A DNA stretch of 64,000 nucleotides from Octopus bimaculoides (GCF_001194135.2 NC_069005.1:8822017-8886016); one strand, 5' to 3'. Positions 1 to 13,220 are shown, numbered from the stretch's first letter. Program-made: numbers and translations. Notes: generated by a model from the sequence alone, not told the origin.

Positions 1-3
1 ATG

Positions 4-41
<38 letters not shown>

Positions 42-462
42 CACACACACATACACACACATTGGATGAGACAGAATATTCACGATGTAATAGAGATGTT
101 ATCGTTTGAAAATCTTGCTGATAGAAGAAGAATGGCTGGTATGAAATGAAAGCATGAATAATAAGTTCATATAGAAAAGCTCCATGAATGAGATGCATGA
201 CTGATGAATGTGTTTAATACAAAAACATTGATGAAGAAGATAGCGAGAAGATAACAAGATGTCCAACTGGAAAAATTCACTTCGTAGATTTATTAACCTC
301 AGGAATGCATATGTTAAGATTTCAGATATCCGATTTCCTTGTCGTTCATTGACTCTTCTATGTCATCTCTTTGTCATCATGGTTTCATCATAGTTTCTCT
401 CATATGCAAAAAGGCGTGCTTATATCTATGTCGTTAAGTGTGGTGTGTGTGCGTGTATATAA

Positions 463-521
<59 letters not shown>

Positions 522-730
522 TATATATATATATATATAGATGTATATATATACAATAATATATTTATGTGCACATAAGTGTAAATATATATATGTATCT
601 ATGTATATACATACAAATACATGTGTGTGTGTGAACAGTCAGTAGTATATTTATGCTTTAAAATTAAGCATCAAGTGAGTACAGAGCATAATGTTAAATG
701 ACAAGGGAACAAGAATTAACTAATCAACTT

Positions 731-824
731 CATTTGCTTACAGCTGTTTCTGCCATAAGATGTAGTGCACTCAGAACTATGTGTTTGTACATTATATTAC
801 AGCTTCTTCAGAGCTTTTAAAATG
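731..824 (-). ncRNA. Candidate minimal type I hammerhead ribozyme (PLE/retrozyme-like) with intact core
   Basis: Minus strand reads CAUUUUAAAAGCU-CUGAAGA-AGCUGUAA...UUAUGGCA-GAAA-CAGCUG-UA-AGCAAAUG. It has the CUGANGA and GAAA core, a 7-bp stem II, a palindromic stem III (ACAGCUGU), a GUA cleavage triplet and a bulged stem I. Confidence 0.7.
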
Positions 825-1124
825 ATGTGTATGTTTATTTCTGCCCTTGAAGAGAATGGCTAGTCTTTGGGATGCAGTCCAAGCCAAGCTAAGGATATGT
901 TTTGGTTTGGGTTGGAGAAAATAGCTGTTCTTGAAACCATCTTAGGAACTTTTGAGACTAATGAAGTCAGCAGGATTGATATACCTCTTGAAAGTTGTAA
1001 GAAATATGTGGTGCTCCAACATGGCCACAGTATTTGGGCTGCAATGTATAAAAGAAAAAAAAGAATATTTCTTGTTTCCTGTCGTGCAAGTTACTTGCAA
1101 ATCTCAGTAATGCCAGTGACATGA

Positions 1125-1265
1125 AATAAAGAACTCATTACACTCTGGAAAAAGGTCGGCATTAGGAAGGTCATCCTGACATGCAGCTCTCTGCTTCACC
1201 AGATCTTGTCAAGTTATCCAACCGATGCCAGCAAGAAAAACGAACATTATATGATGGTGATGACC
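1125..1265 (+). mobile_element. SINE family C (RTE-like tail) fragment
   Basis: Degenerate GGCATTAGGAAGGTCATCC...CAACCGATGCCAGCAAGAAAAACGAACATTATATGATG, homologous to the better copies at 4568-4810 and 38052-38320. Confidence 0.6.
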
Positions 1266-1500
1266 AGGAATTTCGAATGTCTAATATTCTTGAGAGGAAT
1301 GGTCGTGTAGTCTGGTTAATCTGGGGTTTGAGGAGGGAGGAGACACATTATGAGTGATGGGAAGATGAGAGACAAGTGAGTTAAAAGTGCAATAATGGAA
1401 ATGGTACAAGACCAGCTAAGGCCATTTGCCAAAGTTGTAGGAAAAACGGTCAGGGGTAGGGGGTCAGCATGTCTGTAAGTTAGACATGGTTCCAATAGTT

Positions 1501-1655
1501 TCTTTTATTTTTTACTTGTTTCAGTCATTGGACTATGGCCAGGCTGGAGTACCACAACTCAGTTCCAGTATTTTAAAGTCTGATGCTTATTCTATCGATC
1601 TCTTTTGCTGAAGCACTAAGTTACTAAGTTATAGGGCCATAAGCCAACAGACAGA
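1501..1655 (-). mobile_element. SINE family B, 3' fragment
   Basis: TTTTACTTGTTTCAGTCATTGGACTATGGCC...TCTATCGATCTCTTTTGCTGAA matches the 3' end of the copy at 23001-23400. Confidence 0.75.
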
Positions 1656-1812
1656 CACACACTCTTATGTATATGTGGTTGTATGTGTATGTATGTTTGT
1701 GTAATGTTCACATTGTTTATTAGAACATTTTTCCGTATATGTTTGCTTGCACTTAAATATATATACATATACATGCATGCATACATATATACATACATGA
1801 ATGTATACTTAT

Positions 1813-2350
1813 GTGCCAGGTCAGATCGAAAAGTATCAGGACTGGTCCTATAAAAAGGAAAACTACAACGCATATCAATCTTGCATTTAATTTCCTTCAA
1901 AACAGTCTCCTTCCGAAGCCACACACTTTATATGGCATCGTTTCCAATCGATGGAAGCATTCCTGAAACTCTTATTTTGGGAAAGCGAGCAGCTGCCTCG
2001 TTGCATCCCTTTCAAGTGGAATTTGAAATTTGGAAAGAAGAAAAAGTTGCAAGGAGCAAAATCTGGGGAATGTTGTGCTTGGCCAAAAACTGCTGCCCAA
2101 GCTGCACTGAATGGGCAGGGCGATTGTCATGGTGGATTTGCCACTCACTGGACGCATGCAATTCTGTTCAATGACCATACTCTACACACTTTACTTCCAA
2201 GTACTTAGAAACAACAGAAGTGAGCGAGAATGTTTTAACTTAGTGCGCAGGCACTACAAAGTTTAAGGTCGATCTGCACTAAGTGGCTTCACTCTGCGTA
2301 CTTTAGCTCTGTTACCATAGCAACATTCCTTATACTTTTTGGACAAATAT
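1813..2350 (-). mobile_element. Internally deleted mariner (DD34D-type) element with transposase C-terminal remnant
   Basis: Minus-strand frames give WQIHHDNRPAHS..QQFLAKHNI, PDFAPCNFFFFP..KG and WKRCHIKCVASEGDCFEGN*. TIR-like ends are GGTCAGATCGAAAAGTATCAGGACTG and CATTCCTTATACTTTTTG. Confidence 0.8.
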
Positions 2351-2472
2351 ATAATTATTTATTTTTATGTCAAGTTATATGAAAAACAACTTTACATAAA
2401 ACTGTTGGATTACTCAATGCTTTTTCATGGAGTGCATATCTACATTGTGAATGTATAAAATAAATACATATA

Positions 2473-2690
2473 TATGAGCGGGTGCTGGAAGGTTCCTGTC
2501 TTTGGGTAAAAGAAAATACAGGAGGATCAATTAATTATAATTTTATTCAACATATTTCCCTCGCAGATTCACACACTTATTGCAGCAGTTCTTCAGTTTT
2601 TCTAAGCCCTGTAAAAGGACACAGATGGTTGGACCTCCAACCAGGCCTTTTGTGATACCCTTAAAACCCCTTCATACACACACACACATT
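2473..2690 (+). mobile_element. Mariner-family terminal fragment (TIR plus subterminal region)
   Basis: TATGAGCGGGTGCTGGAAGGTTCCTGTCTTTGGGTAAAAGAAAATACAGGAGGATC; a reverse-oriented homolog lies at 54800-54907. Confidence 0.7.
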
Positions 2691-3039
2691 CTTACACATG
2701 CATGCAGTTATATTATACAGAGAGACAGAAACCTGTATGTATCTACATATGCACAAAGACACGCACATGTGTATGTTTCTGTTGCTCTAGTTAGATATTT
2801 TTAAGTAATAAATATTTCATATTAATATTAGAGGAATCTTTCTTTTTACCATTTTCTCAGAACAATAGAGTTCTTTGACCTTCAAAGAACTACCTTTCGG
2901 ATAAAACGAATTTGTGGCAGCATATATTCACTGTGATTTTTTACATCTTGCCAGCTTATGGTGTGCTAACAAGAAACAGCAATTGCAATGCACTACGTAA
3001 CACAACATAAAATATAACTTGAAAGGAAAAACATTAGTT

Positions 3040-3160
3040 AATTACACAACCAACTTAATGCAGAATTCTCCACAAAACTAAAAGATTAATTATAGAAGCA
3101 TTATCAATACCGTAATACAATGCAAAAATTCAACACAGGTACGCTGGGAACAAACAAAAA
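3040..3160 (+). mobile_element. Possible Penelope-like GIY-YIG C-terminal remnant
   Basis: Translates as KTKRLIIEALSI..., resembling the 'RL.I.EA..I' end of PLE endonucleases. Highly degraded. Confidence 0.3.
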
Positions 3161-3606
3161 CCACTCCCTGTGATAGCTACAAAAAATATGTAAACCAATC
3201 CTCTAGCCCCTATCTATTATATAATGGCAGTATTACATGCAATCACCAATCAATTCATCCCAGAGATAAAACTGTGAAGGTCTAGGAATATCGATAGATC
3301 TAGGAACTTTTTACTGTTCCAAACCAACTCTATAAATTGTAATAAAAGAGAAGAAAAAAAATGCTATGGTAAAACTCAAGAATGTTCATGGCTGCTGTCA
3401 AACATGTTTCAAATAAATGATGCTGTCCATTTACATACAGATATGTGTGAGTGTATGTAGGTGTTTGTGTGTGCTTGTGTATATATATATATATATAGAT
3501 ATAGTGTGTGTGTGTGTATATGCTATAAAATATATATACATGTTAAATATTTTGCTGCATATCTAGACGTGATTATATATATGCATACATTTTTTATTAT
3601 TATTAC

Positions 3607-3639
<33 letters not shown>

Positions 3640-4019
3640 GACTACTACTACTACTACTACTTTTATTATTATATACATATTTATGTATATTTTTATTGTT
3701 ACATATGTGCATATATATATGCATGTATACATGTTCATGTGTCTGTGTATGCATGTACATATATACACGTACAAATGCACACGTATAAGCACATATATAT
3801 GCACATATATAATAATATATACCTATATATAATTGTAAATATATACATAATAATAATAATAACAATTTCTTTTATTGGTCACAAGTGCTCAAGACATGAA
3901 AGACAATATTGAAGGATGAGTAATAACACAAAACAAAAACAAAATACATAATAATAGTAATAATGAAAAATAATAATAATAAAAATGATAATAATAATAA
4001 ATGTGTGTGTGTGTATATA

Positions 4020-4092
<73 letters not shown>

Positions 4093-4400
4093 TTAACCAC
4101 ATGCATTTTTATAGCACATATTATATAAATGATAATAAATGTATGTGTGTGTGTATATATATACACATACATACACACCCCCGTGTGTATATATATTTAT
4201 AATTAACATGCCACAATGTGTAATATATCTGTACATTTTGAAATTGAAGCAACAATCCATCATACATGTTTACACACAAGTTTTCATTACCCGATTCCAC
4301 TCATCTCACCAGGCCAGGGTAACAGAAGGCAATGGTTATGGTTAGAAAGATTTGGCCAAGATACTGGTTTAATGAATATATGCATGCATATATATATGTG

Positions 4401-4810
4401 TGGTTGGCGTTAGGAAGGGCATCCAGCTGTAGAAACTCTGCCAAATTTAGATTGGAGCCTGGTGTTGCCATCCGGTTTCACCAGTCCTCAGTCAAATGGT
4501 CTGAACATAAATTATAAACCATGATTGTTATTATCCTCATCATTATTATCATTATTATTATCATCATCGTGGCCGTTGCCAGTACCGCCTGACTGGCCTT
4601 CGTGCGGGTGACACGTAAAAGCACCTACTACACTTTCTGAGTGGTTGGTGTTAGGAAGGGCATCCAGCTGTAGAAACTCTGCCAAATCAGATTGGAGCCT
4701 GGTGTTGCCATCCGGTTTCACCAGTCCTCAGTCAAATGGTCCAACCCATGCTAGCATGGAAAGCGGACGTTAAACGATGATGATGATGATGATCATCATC
4801 ATCATCATCA
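4401..4810 (+). mobile_element. Two tandem SINE family C copies (4401-4505 truncated; 4568-4810)
   Basis: GGTTGGCGTTAGGAAGGGCATCCAGCTGTAGAAACTCTGCCAAAT..ATTGGAGCCTGG occurs twice. The second copy ends in CGGACGTTAAACGATGATGATG, an RTE-like microsatellite tail. Confidence 0.85.
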
Positions 4811-5013
4811 AGGCATTGAGCTGGCAGAATTGTTACCATTCTGGGCAAAATGCTTAGCAGCATTTCGTCTCCCTGTATGTTCTGAGTTCAAATTTTGCCG
4901 AGGTTGACTTTGCCCTACATCCTTTCAGAGTTGATGAAATAAGCATCAGTTGAACACCGGGATCAATGTAATCGACTTATCCCCTCCCCCGAAATTGCAG
5001 GCCTTGTGCCAAA

Positions 5014-5072
<59 letters not shown>

Positions 5073-5305
5073 CATCATTATCATCATTATTATTATTATT
5101 ATTTAAGGTGGTGAGCTGGCAGAATTGTTAGCTTGTTGGACAAAAAAATGCTTAGTTACAATTCATCTGTCTTTACATTCTGAATTCAAATTTCATTGTG
5201 GTCAACTTTGTCTTCCCTTAAAATAAGTACCAGTTGGACACTAGGGTCAAGGTAATCAACAGGACTCTTCCCAAAGATTTCAGGCCTTATGCCATAATAG
5301 AAAAG

Positions 5306-5336
<31 letters not shown>

Positions 5337-5522
5337 ATGATAATAATAATAATAATGATAATAGTAATCCTTTCTACTATAGGCACAAGGCCTGGAATAT
5401 TTGGGGAAAGGGCTAGTCGATTACTTAATTTATTGACCATGAAAGGATGAAAGGCAAAGTCGACATTGGTGGATTGGAACTCAGTATGTAGCGACGGGTG
5501 AAATACCACTAAGCATTTCAGA
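4811..5522. mobile_element. Cluster of three SINE family A copies (4811-5013 +, 5106-5305 +, 5370-5522 -)
   Basis: tRNA-like head GAGCTGGCAGAA...TGAGTTCAAAT (B box), body GTTGACTTTGCC..CATCC, and (TTA)n tails. Confidence 0.85.
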
Positions 5523-6829
5523 CAAAAAAAGAAAAAGCAAGGGACTAAGAGCTCAGAGGAGATTCCGTGAAATGTGATGCCCTGGGACGGGTGGGAAGGA
5601 CTAAGGGTGCTTAAGTGGGTTATGCTCTGAATTCAAATCCAACTTGATCGACTTTACTTGCCACATCCTTCCCGAATTATTATCGTTGCCAGTCTGTCTT
5701 GTCTGTCAATCATTCCGTCAGTCAGTCAGTCAATGAATCAAGCAATCAATCACACAGGTATATCTTCTAGTACATCGTGGATGCCAACACCATCACCATC
5801 ATCGTCATCGTTGTCATCTCTACCAACATCATCATCATCATCTTCATCATCCTCATCATTAATAGCACTCTACTTACCAAAGCTATTTATTCTGAAAATG
5901 TTTTATTTCTTACCTTTTGCCTTCATTTTTACTATTTTCACCTTTTTGCCTTTACACCATTTGCCTTTCTGCCAAATTACTGACTTTGGTGACAGATTTT
6001 TGTCCTTTTTTATTTGTTTTTACTGTCTCTTATTTATTCATTTACCTATTTACTTCTTTTTGTTGTGATGCTGATGGTGGTGGTGCTGGTTGGGGTACCA
6101 GGGCAAGGCTGGCTGGTTGGTGGGGGGAAAGGGAGGAGGTTTTGATCTAATTTGTTTAAGTGCTTAGCTGTTTAGAAGTCTTTCCAATTAATCTTTGGTT
6201 TTGGTTTCCTCTCTCTTTTCCTCTCTCTCCCCCTCTCTCTCATCTCTCTTCCCTTCCTTCTCTCACGTTAATTAATTTTCCTTCTAATTTGTTTACATTC
6301 TAATCTGCTTTCCTCATTTGCCAAGCCAAGACCTTTTTTCTTTTCCTTGCTATCTATTTTATTCTATTTGTATTTCAATTTTATTTTGATTTATTTTATG
6401 GTGTTTTTGTTGTTTCATTCGTTTTTGCTTTGTAAAATTCATTCTGTTCGTTTCATCTTCATTTTGTTTCATGGGGTCTTTCCTTTTACTTTTTTCTTTC
6501 AATTATTCTTTTCCTTCTTTTTACCTATTTCTTCTCTTTTCTTTTTATTTATTTTGTGAAATTTTTGATTGTTTGTTTATATATTAGAGATTTTATTGAC
6601 TAGATTTTTAAATATATGTGTGAATGTATATGTGCATATATATGCACATATATATGTGTATGTATGTATTGCGTGTGGGTGAGTGTGTAGATATATGTAT
6701 ATTTGTATGTATCTATGTGTATATGTATATAAATATATTTTTGCTTGTGTGAGTATATATTTACACACAATAATATATCTATATATATATGATAAGCATA
6801 TGTGTGCATATATTTCTATATGTATAAGC

Positions 6830-6872
<43 letters not shown>

Positions 6873-7299
6873 CGTATGTATTCCTCCTCGCATGCACACA
6901 TCCATATGTTAGAATTTCTCTAAGATTTCCACTCTTGTCAGTAACAGACACAAGGAAGCAACAACAACAGCACAAGCAGTAATGCCGTTGTCGTACTGAT
7001 GGATGAATCTATAACACTGTACTTTACAAAACTGAATTTTGACAATTTGAAGTTATTGTGGGAAGTTTTATTATGACTCTATCCAAATATAACAATATTT
7101 TGTTTTCTTTCCAACTAAATTTCACATAATGACACTGTGTGCTTGGTGGTTGGTGGCCAGTCATTGTAAGGGAGATTATTATTGTTAGATTAATCTTGAC
7201 AGGATTAGTTTGAATTTTAAATTGAAGTCCAAGGAAGAGGAAGAAGATGCATTGAATACACCTATTTAATTTTTGCTTATTTCTTCCTCATTAAAATTT

Positions 7300-7655
7300 C
7301 TATTCATATCGAAATCGTGATGGCACGAGCACCGACTGAGCGTGATCATTGCCAGTGGCATATAAATAGCATCATTAGATTACGGAGATGTACTTGCATA
7401 GCAAGTGACCTGATCTGAGATCGTGTGCTGGAATGAAAACAGTTGCAGCATGGAAGGTGTTTATAAGCCATTTAAAATAACACACAAAGACCGTTAGATT
7501 CACTTCAACATTTAAATTTAATTTGTCAAAATATTTTCGTTGCTTTGAGGCCGCGACCTGTTCACTGACAAAATTCTGTACTGCATCTCAGATGAAGTGA
7601 ATCTAACGGTCTTTGTGTGTTATTTTAAATGGCTTATAAGCACTTTCCATGCTAG
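7300..7655. mobile_element. Foldback/MITE-like repeat with ~60 bp inverted arms (7447-7652)
   Basis: GCATGGAAGGTGTTTATAAGCCATTTAAAATAACACACAAAGACCGTTAGATTCACTTCA is the reverse complement of TGAAGTGAATCTAACGGTCTTTGTGTGTTATTTTAAATGGCTTATAAGCACTTTCCATGC. Confidence 0.8.
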
Positions 7656-8096
7656 AATCATTAGAATATCAGATAAAATGCATTGTGATATTTGTTCCCA
7701 ATTTCCTACTCTCTGAGTTCAAATCCTGCTGAAGTTGATTCTATCTTTTACTCTTTTGGGGTTGATACAGCCGTGGCCAAAAGCTTGGAACATTTAAAAA
7801 AAAATTGTTGTGCCCAAGTACAATTCAATTCAAATATATACAACATATATATATTTGGGTAGCTACAGAGAGATGGAGGGGGTTGTCTGCTCCAGGTGAC
7901 TCTTTTATGAGGCAGCACCACTTTTGGGTCTGCTGTAGTCAATATTTATTTATGCAGGAGCCTGAGGGTAGCAAACTGAAGCTACACTAGTGAATAATTG
8001 AAACAAGTGAAAGAGAAAAGACAACCAATTTAGTCATTAATTGTGCTTAATTTAACCTCAATGTCTGCATGAGACTAGGTCTAAATTAGTTAACTA

Positions 8097-8223
8097 CAGG
8101 GTGTCCACAAAGTCTGGGCCCGTGGAGTAAATAAAACCATGACATAAACAATTAAATGTAAGAAATAATAATTTCTTAAAGTATGTGTTAACCCCCATGT
8201 ACCCAGATTTTGTGGACGCCTTG
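8097..8223. mobile_element. 127-bp Tc1/mariner MITE with TA target-site duplication
   Basis: TA|CAGGGTGTCCACAAAGTCTGGG ... CCCAGATTTTGTGGACGCCTTG|TA. Confidence 0.85.
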
Positions 8224-8489
8224 TATATTAATAAGTCTATCCATTTTACATCACAATTGATAGATTATTCTGTCAAATATAATGCTAATTTATTCACAAT
8301 TTTTAAAATCAATCATGCATTATCTGATAGCTTTGAGATTCTGATGATGTGGTTGTTTATTTTTAGAATGACATTTCAGTGTAGGTGTGAGAGGCTGGAT
8401 CTGACCATTTTGGACATGATAACAGGTCAGATATTTGGGTTCGATGTGGCTGGTTTAAATGCTAAAGGGTGAAATAAGTACAGTTTTTC

Positions 8490-8960
8490 AGAGGGTGTAA
8501 TTTAGACAAAATTCATGTAATTTAAATTAATCAGGATGCACTTTAAATCTTAACAATATCTATTTAGCCTTACTTAATGAATGTCTAAATTTTATCTAGA
8601 TCTAATTTATTAATTTTTTCATTTTTGCATGTAATTAGCCAGGCTGCAGTCTAAATTTGTCTAATCTAATTTAGTTAACTGTATGTCATTTGAATTTGTG
8701 AATGCAGTCTAAATCACATTAGTCTAATTTACTCTTTAACTGTGTGCAATTTAGCCTCGTTTATTGCAGTCAAAATTAGTCTAATCTAATTTAGTCTTTA
8801 ATTTATTTTCATTTAATCTCAGAATGTAAATTAGCCTGTAATTATGTCAAATCTAGTCCATTTAATGTAATCAAATTTAGATCATTCTAATTTAGTCATT
8901 ACAAAATCCATTATATTCTCATTTAGACTGATGCAGTTTAATATTTTAATTAGATTTTTT
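8490..8960. repeat. Degenerate ~60-bp AT-rich minisatellite rich in CTAATTTAG/TCTAAAT
   Basis: Units start with TGCAGTC at ~8645, ~8703 and ~8765, and the TCTAATCTAATTTAGT motif recurs. Confidence 0.6.
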
Positions 8961-9059
8961 TTTTTTTTTTAGTTTTTTTTTTTCCCACCTAGGTTCTGAT
9001 CAAGTCTAATTTGTTTTTTGAGTTGTTATTGTTTCATTCCTGATCTAGCACACTTATGC

Positions 9060-9790
9060 TCAAAAGTTTTCCAACCACAACCAACCTACTCCTGTCTGCC
9101 TTTTATTCAGACACAGCTGTTGTATATCGGACTAACTACTCATCCCATTTTTTAGGACATTAGGATATGATTTGAAGTAAATTAGCTGCTATTTCTAACA
9201 GATCAAGGGATCATGTACAGCTGTAGTCCCCAACCTTGTTTTGTACCACAGACCAGTTTCATGCAAAATAATTTTTGGACAAATTGGGAGATTTCATGTG
9301 AAAGAAAATAATAAATTACATAATATATATTTTAAGTATTACATATCTCTTTATCTTTTACTTGTTTCAGTCATTGGACTGTGGCCATGCTGGGGCACTA
9401 CCTTGAAGGGTTTTAGTCAAGATAAATTGACCCCAGGGCTTATTTCTTTTTAAGTCTGGTACTTTATCTTATCAGTACTTGTGTTTAAATTATGGGGACA
9501 TAAACGAACCAACACTAATTGCCAAGCAGTGATGAAGAAAAAACACAAAGACACACACACACACATCGCCTTACCTCAAACAGAAGTACGATCAAAGCTA
9601 TTTCAGCCATGACCATCCAATGTCATTTTCAGGAATAATATATCCCAGTAACCTAGATTACATTATCTAACATGTCTATCACCATCTGTTTTTCTTTTTA
9701 AGATGTTAAGGTGTTACTTCAGGGAGATTTGGCTGCTATTTCCCATAGGTTCTATATAAAGGTTCACCTGATGGTTCCTTTTCATAACAT
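9060..9790. mobile_element. SINE family B fragment (9350-9560, -) flanked by pieces of a further dispersed repeat (GAGATTTGGCTGCTATTTC family)
   Basis: Family B 3' end is present. The motif GATTTGGCTGCTATTTCT also occurs at ~14610, ~30048 and, reversed, at ~40575. Confidence 0.6.
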
Positions 9791-11689
9791 CAAGTAACAA
9801 CAACACACTTGCACCTCATCTCCACTTGTATCACTTTCCAGCTTCATCCTCATCTTCTCTTTTACAATGTGTGCCATCATGTCACTCCTCTACAGCAAAA
9901 ATCTGGGTCTCTTTTGGCCCTTTCTTTTATACTTTACATCTCTCTACTCCTTATCCTCCTAGCATAAAGTTCCCCATCCTCACTTAGGGTTTGTAGTCCT
10001 GTGAGCTGCATGGCAACCTCAGCTGTACTGGTTGTATGAACAAATCCCCCTATACACACCATAAAGTGGTTGGTGTTATAAAGGACATTCAGCCATAGAG
10101 ATCATGTCAGATAGAAATTGGAATACTGTGTAGTCCTTGGGTCCATCAGATCCTGTCAAGCCATCCAGCAGGAAACCTAGGTGTTAAATGATGATGATGA
10201 TGTAGAGGAAGAAGAACAACAACAACAACAGAGTGCAAAAAAGGAAATTGAGATTCATCAGAGAATTATTACTAACATCTCTTTGAAAAATGAGCACATA
10301 CAGATATGAATTTTGTAAACAGGATTCTGATGTGGAACTGGCTTTCAGTGCATGGTAGTGATGGCAATGGAAGAGGGGGATGTGGGCTATGAATCAATAA
10401 CATGTATCTTTAAAACAGTGAATTACCTCGTACAATGCAATAAAATTCTACTTTATTTGTTTGTATTTTGAACTGCCGCAGCTCTATTTTGTATATATAA
10501 ATATAAACTATGTGATAAATACAGCTAGATTTATGTAAATATTACTTTGTTTATACATGCACGCAATAAATTTATTATGTAGCATGCCTTTCTTAAAGCA
10601 AAAAAAACCCCCCAAAAAACGGAAGTAAAAAGCAAAGAAGAAAAATTTTAAGAATGCTTCTACCTCCACCCCATAAGATACGTGCCAAAATTATGTTAAT
10701 AATTTTTTCTGTTTTGAGGTTTATAGACATTCGATAATACACTTCTTTGTATCAGTGGGAAAAATTTATGACCATTTCCCTGCATGCGATACATTTTTTC
10801 TATCCTTCATCTTTTGCTGGTTTCAGTCATTGGACTGCAACCATGCTGGAACACTGCCTTGATGGATTTTAGTCCAACAAATTGCCCCCAGTACTTATTT
10901 TATTATATTTTAAGCCTGATACTTATTCTGTTGGTTTCTTTTGCAATTGGTATACAATTCCTTGATATGAATGGAATGTTCTTTTCATTTCTCTGTTTTT
11001 GTTTTAGGATAAGAATTCTATGTTTCTATGTTCTTTTAACTAATTTTTTCTATACTAAGATAATTATTCCTGATTTCAGATATTTATTATATGGTTGTAA
11101 ATATAGACCAATGACAAACATATTAAGCGGCTGTATATCTACTTTTGCCCCCCCCCCCTTGTATAGTTTCTTCAGTGAGAAAAATAATGATTGCTTGTCA
11201 TGTGATATATGTTGAAATTAACTTGAATTTGGAGCATACTTGCTTTTATAGGTCTACTCCATCCTGACCAAGCTGGAGTTAAGCATACTGGTTACATAGT
11301 GAACTCTGTACCTGAATAGCCATGTCATAAGAAGAATTGTGTTTGGATAAGCTCACAAGTTATGGGATTAACCCTTAGAGAGAAAATTTCTCTGTTAGCA
11401 AAAACAAAAAAATCAAATAAAAAACATTCTTAAACAAACAATATCTTGCTCTCCATATGCTAAATGAACTTATCTCAGAACACACTAATCAGATGTAGGA
11501 CCAGTGTGGATGCTTAAAATATCCACTTTTCTCCCTCTGGCATATATATATATATAACCTCATCCATCTAACTCTAGAACTTCAATAAATTAAATTTCAC
11601 CTAACAAGTTATCTGCTCTGTTGTTGTGATGTTGCTAGAAGGAACAAGGAGTGCATAACAACACCAGTTGTGACCTCTGCTTTTGTTTT

Positions 11690-13017
11690 ATAAATCTTGT
11701 TTTGTTTTGTCCTTTCTTGGTTTTTGTGGCTGTATGTTTGCATGATTTGGCTCATTTGGAGCACCTATAGTCGGGTTCTTTAGTTTAGTATTCACTGGAA
11801 GGTATGGTTGGTTCTGATATTTATGTGCATGCATGCACACACACATGCGCACGCAGCATTCACAGGTAGGTGGACATACATACATATACATACAAGGACA
11901 TAAATGTACATGCATGCACACACACACCCACACACACACAAACACACACACAGAGGCATGCATGTGTGCACACACACACAAATACGCAAGCACAGGGCAT
12001 TCACAGACAGATGGACAAACATACATACAGACAAATATACATGCAGACACACACACACACTCACATATGCACATATATTTATCTATGCACAGCTATGTAT
12101 ATGCAGAAGTATGGAGGCATGTTGTATTCTGCATATACGGCTTCATCAAATGCACATGCACACATGGTGCATGCAACAGGCAGTTCAACAGATAGACATG
12201 CATACATGCAGGACCACAAAAATGCACACCCATGCATATGCCTAAATATAGAAACGTATGTGCATGTGTATGGTTTCCTCATGTACACATGCAGTACACA
12301 CAAAAGCAGGCACACACACACACACACATAACTACATGAATATTGAGATGCATACGCACGGGTACTCATGCTTGCAAAAATGCAATAATATTTATGTGCA
12401 TGCACATGCAGATATGATTATATGTGTGAATTCACGCACACACAACCACACATGCACACACACATGCACGCGTGCACACACTAACACACACATATGTCCA
12501 CATGAACACACACCCACACACACACAAACGTGGGACTTGTTTCTGTGTAAGTGGATATGATGCATATATGAGCATACATGAATGCTGCACAGATATATGT
12601 AAACACCTGCTTTTATACATACGCACATACATGGTTGGCCCCATACATATACACATGTAGACAGCATATTGTATACATGCATATACTAATGGAATTGCAA
12701 TTTTGTCGATACATATACATTTGCAACTATGTGTAGATATATACATACGTATAGATATATATATAACTGTGCAGACGGACACATTCATCCGGAAGTGTAC
12801 ATTTACATATTACTATGACATGCTCATGCATACACACCTTCACACACACACACACACACACACACACATAAACACACATAAATACATACATGTTAATTCA
12901 TGCAGTTAGATTCACGTACAGGCACATATGTACATAAATACATAGATAAGGTGAAGCGTGAACGTGTGCAGATACACACACATATGCAAATATGACTACA
13001 CATGCATGTGTCTGCAC

Positions 13018-13053
<36 letters not shown>

Positions 13054-13182
13054 GCACTTACACACACACACACACACACATATCTACAAACACATTTCCA
13101 AGACTATCTGGCTACACTACAACTCCCTACTTCTGCACACACAACTTCACACACAACTTCACACTAATGTTCACTCCTCCAT

Positions 13183-13220
<38 letters not shown>
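11690..13220. repeat. Long degenerate (CA)n/(TA)n/ATGCAT alternating purine-pyrimidine low-complexity tract
   Basis: Directly visible; it explains the His/Thr/Cys/Val-rich pseudo-ORFs in the track. Confidence 0.9.

Noticed and set aside
5870-5935. Minus-strand GTAAGT/GTAAGA donors and a 14-nt micro-exon candidate
   Set aside because: It is not frame-preserving, has stops in two frames, and no partner exons are identifiable.
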